64,000 nucleotides of DNA from an uncultured Desulfosarcina sp. (GTDB lineage Bacteria > Desulfobacterota > Desulfobacteria > Desulfobacterales > Desulfosarcinaceae), in NCBI GenBank assembly GCA_963674945.2, contig CAXXWQ010000003.1:1344001-1408000 (forward strand). The letters run 5' to 3'. Position numbers and translations under genes: made by a program. The notes under the pieces are model-generated. The model saw nothing but the letters and a program-made list of their open reading frames with translations, made no database searches and was not told where the DNA came from. Position 1 is the first letter of the stretch. Every line of letters starts with the position of its first letter. This document shows, piece after piece, positions 48,912 to 58,197 of the stretch.

Positions 48912-49811
48912 TTATGGCAGCACCCGAACCCATTCAAAAAACAGATCCTGTTCGCGAAGAACACCGACCACCGTATCATCCTTCATGACAATCATCCGGC
49001 GGCATTTATCGTTCACCAACCGGTAGGCGGCTTCCATGAGATTGGCCTGTGCGTCGATGGCCGGTGGTGCCGGCGACATGAGGTCTCCCACTCTTGTCGA
49101 TGCCAGCCTTTGTGCCTCCCGAGTAAACATGCCGGTCCAAAACATGGGAGAATAATACAGGCTGTCTGCCGTGGAAGGCTTGGGCGCAGACAAGTAACCT
49201 GGAAGCACTGCTTCCAAAAGATCGATGATGGAAAGGATCCCCTCAACCTTGCCCGCCTGATCGAAAACCAGCAGGCTGCGGTGCCCTGTTTCCATGATTC
49301 GATTGGTGTGAAGCTGCGGTGAGAAGGACTTTTTCAATTCAGCGATGCCTTCGGCAACTGTTTGCTCGGTCTTCACCGTCGTGTATTCGGATAAGGGGAT
49401 CATGACGTCTTCAACCGTTTTTTCTTCTTGTTTGCCACCGACATTCTTCTGTCGGCTGGCATCCATGATCCGTGATGCCAACAGATCGATGTCGCAGGGT
49501 TTGGACAGGTAATCGAAAGCCCCATGGCTAAGCGCTCTCCTGGCGCTATCATCTCCGCCGTGTCCCGTCAGCATGATCACCGGAAGGCCCGGTGACCGCT
49601 TTTGAATCTCTTCCAGGGTCTCGTTACCATCCATGTCCGGCATCCGGACGTCCAGTACGACCACATCCGGTTTGTCTGAAAGCTGCTCCAGCGCTTCACG
49701 CCCGTTTGCGGCGATCAATGTGTCAAATCCTTTTTTCTGGAACACTTTTTTCGTCGCTTCCCTGAATTTCGGTTCGTCATCGACCATCAACACTTTTATT
49801 TTTTTTGTCAT
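48912..49811 (-). CDS. Response regulator with C-terminal CBS pair
   Basis: REC (MVDDE, LDVRMP, MLTGH, YLSKP) followed by VEDVM.P ... V.DLMS..P ... VVGVL CBS motifs. Confidence 0.88.
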   Translation of the reverse strand: MTKKIKVLMVDDEPKFREATKKVFQKKGFDTLIAANGREALEQLSDKPDVVVLDVRMPDMDGNETLEEIQKRSPGLPVIMLTGHGGDDSARRALSHGAFDYLSKPCDIDLLASRIMDASRQKNVGGKQEEKTVEDVMIPLSEYTTVKTEQTVAEGIAELKKSFSPQLHTNRIMETGHRSLLVFDQAGKVEGILSIIDLLEAVLPGYLSAPKPSTADSLYYSPMFWTGMFTREAQRLASTRVGDLMSPAPPAIDAQANLMEAAYRLVNDKCRRMIVMKDDTVVGVLREQDLFFEWVRVLP

Positions 49812-49852
49812 CTTATGCTTCTCCTTACAAACAAGATGTAGTGTTTTTTCTC

Positions 49853-50365
49853 TCAAGCCTCGACCATGGAAAAAACGGTGCAGATCAACGCCGCCATGCC
49901 GATGAAGGTCAGCAGGACGACGAACACGGCCCGGATTTTCGACAATCCCAATCCGCGAACCAATCCGGTTCCGATCAACCACCATCGCCATGGCTCGGTA
50001 AGAAAAAAAGCCGCCGGTATCCACGCGAGAATCAACACCGCGCTGGCACTTAACGAGAAAATGTTCCACAAACGAAAGAAGGCATAGCGTCTGCCGGTGG
50101 TGGCAATCAGAGCCACATAGGCAACGGCGCTGCCGATCACCACCATTCCGATGGCATTGACAAATAGGAGGACGCCGTTGCGCAATAGGCCCCCCACCGG
50201 ATTCACCAGGGTAGCGGTAATGGAAAAACACAGCGCCGACAATGACAAAAACCCCAGGGCTTGTCCGACCGTCACATTGTTAAAACGATCCTGAAAAAAT
50301 GCGCCGGGATGTGCCATTACTGCGGTCACTGTGCTCACGTATTTTTTTGTCCAATGCAAATTCAT
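49853..50365 (-). CDS. Yip1-like membrane protein
   Basis: V..HPGAFF N-terminal motif and about 5 TM helices. Confidence 0.65.
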   Translation of the reverse strand: MNLHWTKKYVSTVTAVMAHPGAFFQDRFNNVTVGQALGFLSLSALCFSITATLVNPVGGLLRNGVLLFVNAIGMVVIGSAVAYVALIATTGRRYAFFRLWNIFSLSASAVLILAWIPAAFFLTEPWRWWLIGTGLVRGLGLSKIRAVFVVLLTFIGMAALICTVFSMVEA

Positions 50366-50524
50366 TTAGATCACTCCCATCTTGTAAAGAATTCCCGCAA
50401 CGAGCATGATCAGGGTCAGGAAGAAGTAAAATCGCCGCTCCGTGCTGGCGGAAAACCAGATCTTTCCTGACCGTCGGGCCAATACCGGCTTATGCGGCTT
50501 GGCAATGGCTCTCTCCTCATTCAT
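50366..50524 (-). CDS. Small single-TM membrane protein (52 aa)
   Basis: RBS AGGAG; MNEERAIAK...ERRFYFFLTLIMLVAGILYKMGVI; fills the gap in the operon. Confidence 0.65.
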   Translation of the reverse strand: MNEERAIAKPHKPVLARRSGKIWFSASTERRFYFFLTLIMLVAGILYKMGVI

Positions 50525-50549
50525 CACCGATCTCCTGTTCATTTGATCA

Positions 50550-52400
50550 TTAAAAACCGGGAAGCCCGCCAAATCCTCGGAAGATCCAGTAAACACCGGT
50601 CATTGCCAGCAACACCGCATTGGCCAGAAACCATATGGGAAGGCCCACCCGAATGTAGTCTCTGGGCTCCAGATAACCGCTGGCATAAACGATGGCATTG
50701 GGGGGCGTGCCGATGATCAGGCAATAGGCCATAGACGAAGCAATGGCCGTTGCCATGGCCATGAAGGGCAGAAATGTGGTACCCGGGTGCACCAGACCGG
50801 CCATATTCAGGGTAATGGGGCCGACGGCGGCAGCGGCGGGACCATCCGCCATGAGGTTGGTTAAAATGGCGGTCAGACCGTTGCTGGTGGCCATCAGTGG
50901 CAGACCGGCATCCATCCCCAGCGGCGCCAGTGTATCGATGACGGTGCGGGCCAACCAGTAAGCGGCTCCCGTGCTGTCCAAGGTTCGACCGAAAATGATG
51001 GCACCGGCGTATAACCAGACGACCCCCCAGTCCACTTTTTCCTGGTAATCACGCCAGTTGACGACCCCGGTGAGCAGGTAGGCCACCGCACCGGCAACGG
51101 CAATGACACCGATGCCAAGGCGGATGGGATAAATACCCAGATTGTAAAACTCCTTTTCCGTGAACCACCCGAACACCATGATCACAAAGATCACCAGGGC
51201 CGAAATCTGCTTCCGGTTCCACCCCCCCATGCGTCCGATCTCCTTTTGCAGGTGATCCATTGCCGGCGCCAGGGAGACGATGGTGGGTTTGAAACGCCAG
51301 TTGAGCATCAGCCACGTGACGGGTATCATGATGATCACATAGGGGAAACAATAGGTGATCCACTGGAAGTAACCGATGTCCAAGCCGAACATGTCCGCCA
51401 GGTAGGTCATCATGATGACATTGCGCGCTCCACCCGAAGGGGCGCCGGGTCCGCCGATGTTACAGGCCATGGCAATGGCGATCATCAGCATTTTGCCCAG
51501 TTCAGGGTCCTGGGGCACCTCCTCGGTCAGGGAGTTCTGATATAAAAGCATGCCGATGGGCAGAAACATGGCGGCCAGGGCGTGGTCTGAGATGAAGGCG
51601 GCCAACGGTGATATGATGACAAAGAAAATCAGCGTTATCCAACGCACATCGGGAACCGCCAGCTTTCTGAACATCATCAGGCAGACCCGTTTGTCCACGC
51701 CGGTCTTGACAAAGGCGGCGGCAAACATCAGGCTGCCCATGATGAACCAGCATGCGTCATCCCAGTACAGCATGGCCACCTGTTTTCGAGATATCACGCC
51801 GGTAAAGACCAGAATCAGGCCGATGCAAAAGGCAACGCCGGGCAAGGGGATACACTCGGTGAGAAAACAGAGGACGACAAAGGCTCCCATGGCGATGGCG
51901 ACCTTGATATGCCAGGCGCCCTTATCGGCCTCGATCCGGTCCTTGGGGCTGAGGGTTTCATAGGTCAGCCCCGTCTTTCGCAGATCCATGGCGGCTTTCA
52001 TCAATGATAGATACGCATCATCGGTGACTTGCGTATCGATGAATTCTTTCGCCCGCGCAAAATTGGTTCCATCGGCCGTGATTTTGTTGCTTTTGCACCA
52101 CTTGATATCGCGCTTGAGGTAGCGGTCTCGTGTCAAGGCCCCCATGTTCATATTCTGTTCCATGATTGTGGCGGTGAGCAACTGCCACTGCTCGACATCC
52201 GCAGATGTTCTCTTGAACAACGTCTGGGTGATGTGTTCGATGACGGCTTTCGGACCGATTCGATACTCGGTCCCCACATCTTTCATGCCGTATGGTGTGG
52301 GTATTAAAAGTAACACGAAAAAGAGGACGACGGGAATGCTGAACATTTTCCAGTCTACATATTTATCGTACCCGGTCACTTTTTTCTCTTTTTTTGCCAT
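50550..52400 (-). CDS. DASS/SLC13 family transporter with a large N-terminal extramembrane insert
   Basis: TECIPL, TGVDKR, NIGGPGAPSGGARN, VDWGV, GTPPNAIVY. Confidence 0.88.
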   Translation of the reverse strand: MAKKEKKVTGYDKYVDWKMFSIPVVLFFVLLLIPTPYGMKDVGTEYRIGPKAVIEHITQTLFKRTSADVEQWQLLTATIMEQNMNMGALTRDRYLKRDIKWCKSNKITADGTNFARAKEFIDTQVTDDAYLSLMKAAMDLRKTGLTYETLSPKDRIEADKGAWHIKVAIAMGAFVVLCFLTECIPLPGVAFCIGLILVFTGVISRKQVAMLYWDDACWFIMGSLMFAAAFVKTGVDKRVCLMMFRKLAVPDVRWITLIFFVIISPLAAFISDHALAAMFLPIGMLLYQNSLTEEVPQDPELGKMLMIAIAMACNIGGPGAPSGGARNVIMMTYLADMFGLDIGYFQWITYCFPYVIIMIPVTWLMLNWRFKPTIVSLAPAMDHLQKEIGRMGGWNRKQISALVIFVIMVFGWFTEKEFYNLGIYPIRLGIGVIAVAGAVAYLLTGVVNWRDYQEKVDWGVVWLYAGAIIFGRTLDSTGAAYWLARTVIDTLAPLGMDAGLPLMATSNGLTAILTNLMADGPAAAAVGPITLNMAGLVHPGTTFLPFMAMATAIASSMAYCLIIGTPPNAIVYASGYLEPRDYIRVGLPIWFLANAVLLAMTGVYWIFRGFGGLPGF

Positions 52401-52446
52401 GGTCAAACCCCTTGGTATTCGTGATTTATATCAACTCTCATTATCT

Positions 52447-52652
52447 TAAGTTGAGCGATTGTCGAGTTTGCCGCAACTGCAAGGAAGATGGCTTTCCGCT
52501 ATAGTCGCCTATACGGAAAGGTATCTGACACCGTAGATGCTGTAAACCCGGCAATTCCGGAGGGTCTCATCTCTTGAAGGTCTGAATCGATCGTGAACTT
52601 ATAAAAAACATCCCAATTCAACCCTAATGAAAAAAATGAAACGCTCAATTTA
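52447..52652. repeat. Structured intergenic repeat bounded by inverted TAA(G/A)TTGAGCG
   Basis: Ends TAAGTTGAGCGATT and AAACGCTCAATTTA; long internal hairpin 52459-52554 (AGATGGCTTTCCG/CGGAAAGGTATCT). Confidence 0.55.
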
Positions 52653-53102
52653 GGATTGTGTCTCCTGTAATAATTCGCGAGGCGACTTCATGATTTTCCG
52701 CATGCGGGCGACACGTATTTTCTCCTCGATATCCACCCTCCGGTCAAAAGCATCCGAAGCCTTGGCAATGATGTCTTCAAGGTCCGCCGGTTTCATCAGA
52801 TAATCGACTGCACCGGATTTAAGGCCTTCGATGGCCGACTCGACCGTAGCATGACCGGTGAGCATGATTACCTCCACCATGGGAAAGTGCGTTTTGATTT
52901 CTTTTAACGTGGTGACACCGTCCATTCCCGGCATTTTTACGTCCAGGATCACCACATGGATTCGATTCGCCCGTAAGAGCTCAAGAGCCTCGGAACCACT
53001 GGATGCCGTCAAAACATCGATGTTTTTTCTCTCGAGGAGCTTTTTGGTAGTGGAGAGAAACCGCTCTTCATCATCCACCAGCATCATTTTCATTTTTTCC
53101 AT
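52650..53102 (-). CDS. Single-domain response regulator
   Basis: MLVDDE, ILDVKMPG, MLTGHATVESAIEG, DYLMKP. Confidence 0.92.
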   Translation of the reverse strand: MEKMKMMLVDDEERFLSTTKKLLERKNIDVLTASSGSEALELLRANRIHVVILDVKMPGMDGVTTLKEIKTHFPMVEVIMLTGHATVESAIEGLKSGAVDYLMKPADLEDIIAKASDAFDRRVDIEEKIRVARMRKIMKSPRELLQETQS

Positions 53103-53205
53103 TTTTTTCTCCTGTTGTGATGATCGATTGATATTCAAATTCTGGACGGACACTTCATCCCCAAAGGTGAGCGGTTAGCCTTCAGCAAACGGCGAATCGC
53201 TCAAT

Positions 53206-54888
53206 TTATGAAACCGGAAGCACGATGGTAAAGGTCGTGCCTTTGTCCACAATGCTCTCCACTTCCATTTTTCCATTCATTTGTTGAATAATGCCGTAAC
53301 AAACGGAAAGCCCAAGGCCTGTACCTTTTCCCACCGGTTTGGTAGTAAAAAACGGAGAAAATATTTTTTCCATGTTCTCCGGTGCGACACCGCTGCCATC
53401 ATCACTGATCCTTATCGTTGCATCGCCGTTATCCCCTGCAGAAAGATCTACTGTTATGGTTCCACCGCCGCTGCCACGCTGTTCAGTAATGGCATCCATC
53501 GCATTGTTGAGCAGATTCAAGACCACCTGCTGGAGTTTTGACGCATCCGCGGAAATCCGGATGGGAATATCGGGCATTGCTTTATGGATTGTTATACCGT
53601 CAACCTCGGCTTTTTTCTCTATCATTGAAACGAATTCCGGGATGACTTTTGACAAATCCAGATATTCGGGTTTGGATTCGTCCTGTCGGCCGAATTTCAA
53701 AATAGCTGCCGTAATTTTTGAGCAGCGCCCGATTTGGGTCTTGATCTGATCCATGCTGTCAATTACCTGGGCATAGGAATCGCAATTTTTAAGTTCTCCC
53801 GACTCGACCATTTCCTCTTGCAGCGTTTTTATAAGGGACAACTCAGTGGTAATGATCTGCAACGGATTGTTGATCTCGTGGGCAAAACCTGCGGACATCT
53901 CGCCTAACTCCGCCAATCGGGAAGCCCCGATAAGCTGCTGGTTCAAGAGCGCCTTTTCTGAATCGGTACGCTCCATTTTTCTCACAATCGCCCCAGTCAG
54001 GCCAAAAGCAATGGCAATGATGCATGCGATTCCAATCAGACTGATTGATAGAATGGGCATCCGCGCCGACCGCAGGGCAGAAAACGCGTCTGACTCTTCC
54101 TGCCGTACGACAAGCAGCCAGTTTCCGTTCTTGATCCAAGTGGTCGCATACAGAAAGTGTTCTCCATCTGAATTTTGGTGAATAAAGGTATGAATCAGGT
54201 CGTCGTCGGGTGGGAGCGGCAATACCTCACCGGCCGTGTCCATCAAGTTGCCGCCACTGCGCCGATCCGTTTGCAGTATGCCTTGCCTGTTGACCAGGTA
54301 GGCTTCACCGGTCTTGCCAATGCGGATTTGACGCACCAGATGATTGAACCGTAGGGAGTCCACCGTTGCCCTGATGACCCAGGTCCTGCTTTCTTCCTTC
54401 TTGGCAACTGCGATGATGAAATGAGGAATATTGCGGTAACCTAAGAAGACGTCGCTGATGAAAACACCGTCCTTCACGGTTTGTTTGAACCAGTGTTCAT
54501 CCCGATACACTTTTCCCGACAGGTCGTAAGGTCCATGATATGCTTTGTGGACTCCCTGGTCATCAAAAACACCCAAGTCGATATATGCGCTCGATGTCAG
54601 TTGCAGCTGCTGAAACACTGATGACAGGATGCGCGGCGTTACCAGTTCGGAAAGGGCAACGGTGTTGAAAACCAGTTCAAGATCGTGGGTACGCTCTTTC
54701 AAAAACGATTCGATCATTTGTCTGTGATCTGCAGATATTCGCTTCATGTCGGATATCGTCATATTTTCGATGGACCGTGAGAAAGAAAGGTTTCCAATCC
54801 ATAAAACCAAAGAAAACGGGATCAATGTGGCAGCGATAATGCTTAAAAGAACGAATTGCCTGACTTTTCTATAAGGGGATGATTCCAT
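53206..54888 (-). CDS. Cache-domain sensor histidine kinase
   Basis: SDVFLGYRNIPHFIIAV, GKTGEAY, AHEINNP, NAMDA, GTGLGL. Confidence 0.92.
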   Translation of the reverse strand: MESSPYRKVRQFVLLSIIAATLIPFSLVLWIGNLSFSRSIENMTISDMKRISADHRQMIESFLKERTHDLELVFNTVALSELVTPRILSSVFQQLQLTSSAYIDLGVFDDQGVHKAYHGPYDLSGKVYRDEHWFKQTVKDGVFISDVFLGYRNIPHFIIAVAKKEESRTWVIRATVDSLRFNHLVRQIRIGKTGEAYLVNRQGILQTDRRSGGNLMDTAGEVLPLPPDDDLIHTFIHQNSDGEHFLYATTWIKNGNWLLVVRQEESDAFSALRSARMPILSISLIGIACIIAIAFGLTGAIVRKMERTDSEKALLNQQLIGASRLAELGEMSAGFAHEINNPLQIITTELSLIKTLQEEMVESGELKNCDSYAQVIDSMDQIKTQIGRCSKITAAILKFGRQDESKPEYLDLSKVIPEFVSMIEKKAEVDGITIHKAMPDIPIRISADASKLQQVVLNLLNNAMDAITEQRGSGGGTITVDLSAGDNGDATIRISDDGSGVAPENMEKIFSPFFTTKPVGKGTGLGLSVCYGIIQQMNGKMEVESIVDKGTTFTIVLPVS

Positions 54889-54898
54889 TATAAAGTGC

Positions 54899-55273
54899 TC
54901 ACTTATTATCTACGAGAATATCATGAACTGCTTTTATGAGAAGTTCGATACTATTGCCGTCCTTCTCAATGCGCACCATTTCCATTTCGTTTAATGTGGA
55001 TGGATTTTCCGCGCCTCGGACGCAATATAGAATCACAGGCAGTTGGGGTGCCCGATTTGCCAGTTTTTCGTACAGATCAATATTGTCAACACCAGGGAGG
55101 TCAGGGTCCAGCACTATCAGATGAATCGGCAGTGGGCAACCGATGGTTTTGAGCAATTTTTCAGCAGTATCCGCCAAGCAGACTCTTATTCCCAATGCCG
55201 CCAATTCACGCTTTAAAAATTTTCGGACATTTGGATTTCGGTCGGCAACTACGATTTGGATTGTGTTTTCCAT
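54899..55273 (-). CDS. Atypical receiver-domain protein
   Basis: IVVADRN, LIVLDPDLP, PVILYC, IEK: a REC fold with altered acidic pocket and Thr/Ser site. Confidence 0.7.
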   Translation of the reverse strand: MENTIQIVVADRNPNVRKFLKRELAALGIRVCLADTAEKLLKTIGCPLPIHLIVLDPDLPGVDNIDLYEKLANRAPQLPVILYCVRGAENPSTLNEMEMVRIEKDGNSIELLIKAVHDILVDNK

Positions 55274-57978
55274 GGCATTTTTGCCGAAATGGGTAAAGGG
55301 ATATCTATCTTTGACAAATTCAGGGTTAGCTCGAACTCGCCAGGTGCTTCTCCCCGTTTGCTTGTGAACCCCAACTTCTCTCCCAGGGCCCTCATCCCCC
55401 TGTTATCAGCCAACACCGTCCCCCAGATGATACCGAACTGCCGTTCTTTTGCAATGGCGAGGCAGGTTGCCAAAAGGTGTGCACCGATGCCCTTGCCTTG
55501 CCATGGATCGCCCACCAAAACGGCAAATTCGGCGTCTTTCAGGTTGGGCTGCAAAATGATCCGCGCGGCTCCCAGCATCTTTTCCGATGATCCTGACTCT
55601 GAAATGGCAACGAGTGCGATCTCACGGTCATAATCGATCTGCGTGAATCGAGCCAGCATGTTTTGAGACAGTTTCTTCATGGGAGAAAAAAAACGGTAGT
55701 AAATACTTTGCGGAGACAATACCTCAAACAGTTCCTCCAACAGCGGGGCGTCTTCCGGCCGTATGGGGCGTATGAACAGATCACCCACTTCCGGCAGGTT
55801 CACCCTACATTCATATTCCGTCGGGTAGGGACTCACGGCCAGATGCAAGGGGGCCTTGCAAGAGGTCGGTCTCACCACCATTCGGGCGTCTACGGCAACA
55901 GGAAGACCATTTTGAATCACCAACGGGTTGATGTCCAGTTCGGTAATCTGCGGGAAATCCGTTACGAGCTGTGCCAAACGGATCAGTACAGTTTCCAGTT
56001 CCTCCCGGTTTGCGGCAGGAATATTGCGAAAACCTTTGAGCAGCCGATCCACGCGGGTGCTTTCCATGAGACGGGATGCCAGCAGGCGGTTTAAGGGAGG
56101 CAAGGCGATGGCACGATCCTCTAAGAGTTCGGCAAGAATACCTCCCATACCGAACAGGATCACCGGACCGAAATCCGGATCCTGTTTGGCGCCGACAATA
56201 AGCTCACAGGTTGTATGATCAACCATCGCCTGAATGGTGACACCTTCGATGTGCGCTTCTGGAAATGATGCGTGGGCATTGTCCAGTATTTTTTGAAAGC
56301 CCTCTTCCACTGCCTCCGGTGTACGAAGATTGAGCAGAACGCCTCCGGCGTCACTTTTATGAACAATATCGGGAGACAGTATCTTCATCACAACCGGGTA
56401 GCCCATTTTCTCGCTAATGGACCTCGCATCCTTTCCGGTAGCCGCAGCTTCGGTCGGATTCACTGGGATGCCATAGGTTTCCATGACCGCTTTGGCCTGG
56501 AATTCGGAAAGAAGGCCGCCAGGGGCCGTTAGTCCTGTCTCGATCAGGTGACCGGCCTTTTCACGATCCACCTTGATCCGTGAAGAGAGCCGCGGCGGAA
56601 TTTGCTGAAGCATTTCGATTCCGCGGGAATGCCGATGAAGATTCATGAATGCACGAATGGCACGTTCCGGTGTATCGAAGGTTGGCAGACCGGCCCGATT
56701 CAAAATTTCCCGGCCCGGATCAACATCGATACCTCCCATCCAGCAGGTAAGAAGAGGAGTGGTGGCTTGATCGAAAGTGTCCACGATCATCTCAGCGACC
56801 GCGCTTGCATCTGTCATTGCCTGCGGCGCCAGCATCACCAAAAGTGCATCAACTTCCCTGGCCTGCGACAGAAGCGAGATGGCGGTACTGTAACGCTGGG
56901 GTGTGGCATCGCCGATAATATCCACAGGGTTCCCATGACTCCAGTGTTCGGGCAGCACATTGCTTAGCGCCTGCACTGTATCGGGTGATAAGGTCACCGG
57001 TTTCATGCCGTAATCTGCCAATGCATCGGCAGCCATAACGCCGGGGCCGCCGGAATTTGTCACAACGGCCAAATTCGGTCCCTTGTAGCGGCCCTTGCGA
57101 GAAAGAATCTCGGCCGTATCGAAGAGTTCTTCAAAGGTTTTGACGCGGACGATGCCGGCACGTTGAAAAGCCGCATCGTAAACGGCATCCTCGCCGGCCA
57201 TGGCACCTGTATGGGATGCTGCGGCCGTTGCACCGGCCTTTGTCCTTCCCGCCTTCAAAGCGATGATAGGTTTAATCCGGCTCACTGCCCTGGCCGCACT
57301 CATGAAGTTGCGATGACGGGTAAGACTTTCCACATACATGATAATGCTTTTAACCGAAGCGTCGGCACCAAGGTAGTCGATGATGTCTCCAAAATCCACG
57401 TCCAGCATGGACCCCAAACTGATGAAATGGCTGAACCCGATATTCTCTTTGATGGAAAAATCGAGAATCGCCGTGCAAATGGCTCCACTTTGTGAAATAA
57501 ATGCCAACTTCCCGTTCAGCGGCATTCGTGCGGCAAAACTTGCATTCAGGCAGGACGAAGCGCACATGATGCCCAGGCAATTGGGACCGATAATTCTCAT
57601 CTGGCTGCTCACGGCGGCATTTTTGATTTCCTCTTCCACCTGGCGGCCGGCCGCTCCGATTTCCTTACCACCGGCAGAGATAATCACGGCGCCGGAAATG
57701 CCGATGCGCGCGCAAGCGGCAATCATTTCCGGAACCGTCTTCATGGGCGTGGCGATAATAGCCAGATCTACCGGTTCTTGGATATCATCCAATCTTGCGA
57801 CGGCGTCGTATCCCATGATCGATGCGTGCCGATTGTTTACCGGGTAAATGGGACCGGAGAATCCGGCCTCTGTAAGGTTACGCATCACCGCCCGTCCGAT
57901 CGAACCCGTGCGATCGGAGGCACCGACTACGGCAATGGATGCAGGATGAAACAGCCTGTCGATTTGCTCAATATTCAT
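55249..57978 (-). CDS. Acetate-CoA ligase (ADP-forming) / GNAT fusion, Pat/PatZ-type protein acetyltransferase
   Basis: IAVVGAS, GPNCLG, SQSG, SHTG, NSGGPG, HKSDAGGV, DINPL, C-terminal GNAT (IRPIRPED, DYDRE, WQGKGIG). Confidence 0.92.
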   Translation of the reverse strand: MNIEQIDRLFHPASIAVVGASDRTGSIGRAVMRNLTEAGFSGPIYPVNNRHASIMGYDAVARLDDIQEPVDLAIIATPMKTVPEMIAACARIGISGAVIISAGGKEIGAAGRQVEEEIKNAAVSSQMRIIGPNCLGIMCASSCLNASFAARMPLNGKLAFISQSGAICTAILDFSIKENIGFSHFISLGSMLDVDFGDIIDYLGADASVKSIIMYVESLTRHRNFMSAARAVSRIKPIIALKAGRTKAGATAAASHTGAMAGEDAVYDAAFQRAGIVRVKTFEELFDTAEILSRKGRYKGPNLAVVTNSGGPGVMAADALADYGMKPVTLSPDTVQALSNVLPEHWSHGNPVDIIGDATPQRYSTAISLLSQAREVDALLVMLAPQAMTDASAVAEMIVDTFDQATTPLLTCWMGGIDVDPGREILNRAGLPTFDTPERAIRAFMNLHRHSRGIEMLQQIPPRLSSRIKVDREKAGHLIETGLTAPGGLLSEFQAKAVMETYGIPVNPTEAAATGKDARSISEKMGYPVVMKILSPDIVHKSDAGGVLLNLRTPEAVEEGFQKILDNAHASFPEAHIEGVTIQAMVDHTTCELIVGAKQDPDFGPVILFGMGGILAELLEDRAIALPPLNRLLASRLMESTRVDRLLKGFRNIPAANREELETVLIRLAQLVTDFPQITELDINPLVIQNGLPVAVDARMVVRPTSCKAPLHLAVSPYPTEYECRVNLPEVGDLFIRPIRPEDAPLLEELFEVLSPQSIYYRFFSPMKKLSQNMLARFTQIDYDREIALVAISESGSSEKMLGAARIILQPNLKDAEFAVLVGDPWQGKGIGAHLLATCLAIAKERQFGIIWGTVLADNRGMRALGEKLGFTSKRGEAPGEFELTLNLSKIDIPLPISAKMPWKTQSKS

Positions 57979-58002
57979 GATCGATCCAATGTCTTGCTTT
58001 TT

Positions 58003-58030
58003 CGGTTCTCAGTTCTCGGTTCCCGGTTCA
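58003..58030. repeat. Tandem heptamer repeat (4 copies)
   Basis: CGGTTCT CAGTTCT CGGTTCC CGGTTCA. Confidence 0.5.
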
Positions 58031-58197
58031 TTGTTTTTCTCTATGATGGTGCCTGTCCAGAAATGGTAGATCATGGATCAGGCCAAGGCCGCAGCGATGT
58101 TGAAACCGGAGGCGTAGCAGCGTGCTACGTTGAGGATTTCGACGGAGCGAGAACGCCGGCATGGGCCATGAGATGCCGTTTCTGGATGCACACGAAC

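Noticed and set aside
49812..50231. N-terminal extension of the REC-CBS protein (439-aa ORF)
   Set aside because: Overlaps the Yip1-like gene; an RBS (AAGGAG) supports the start at 49811.
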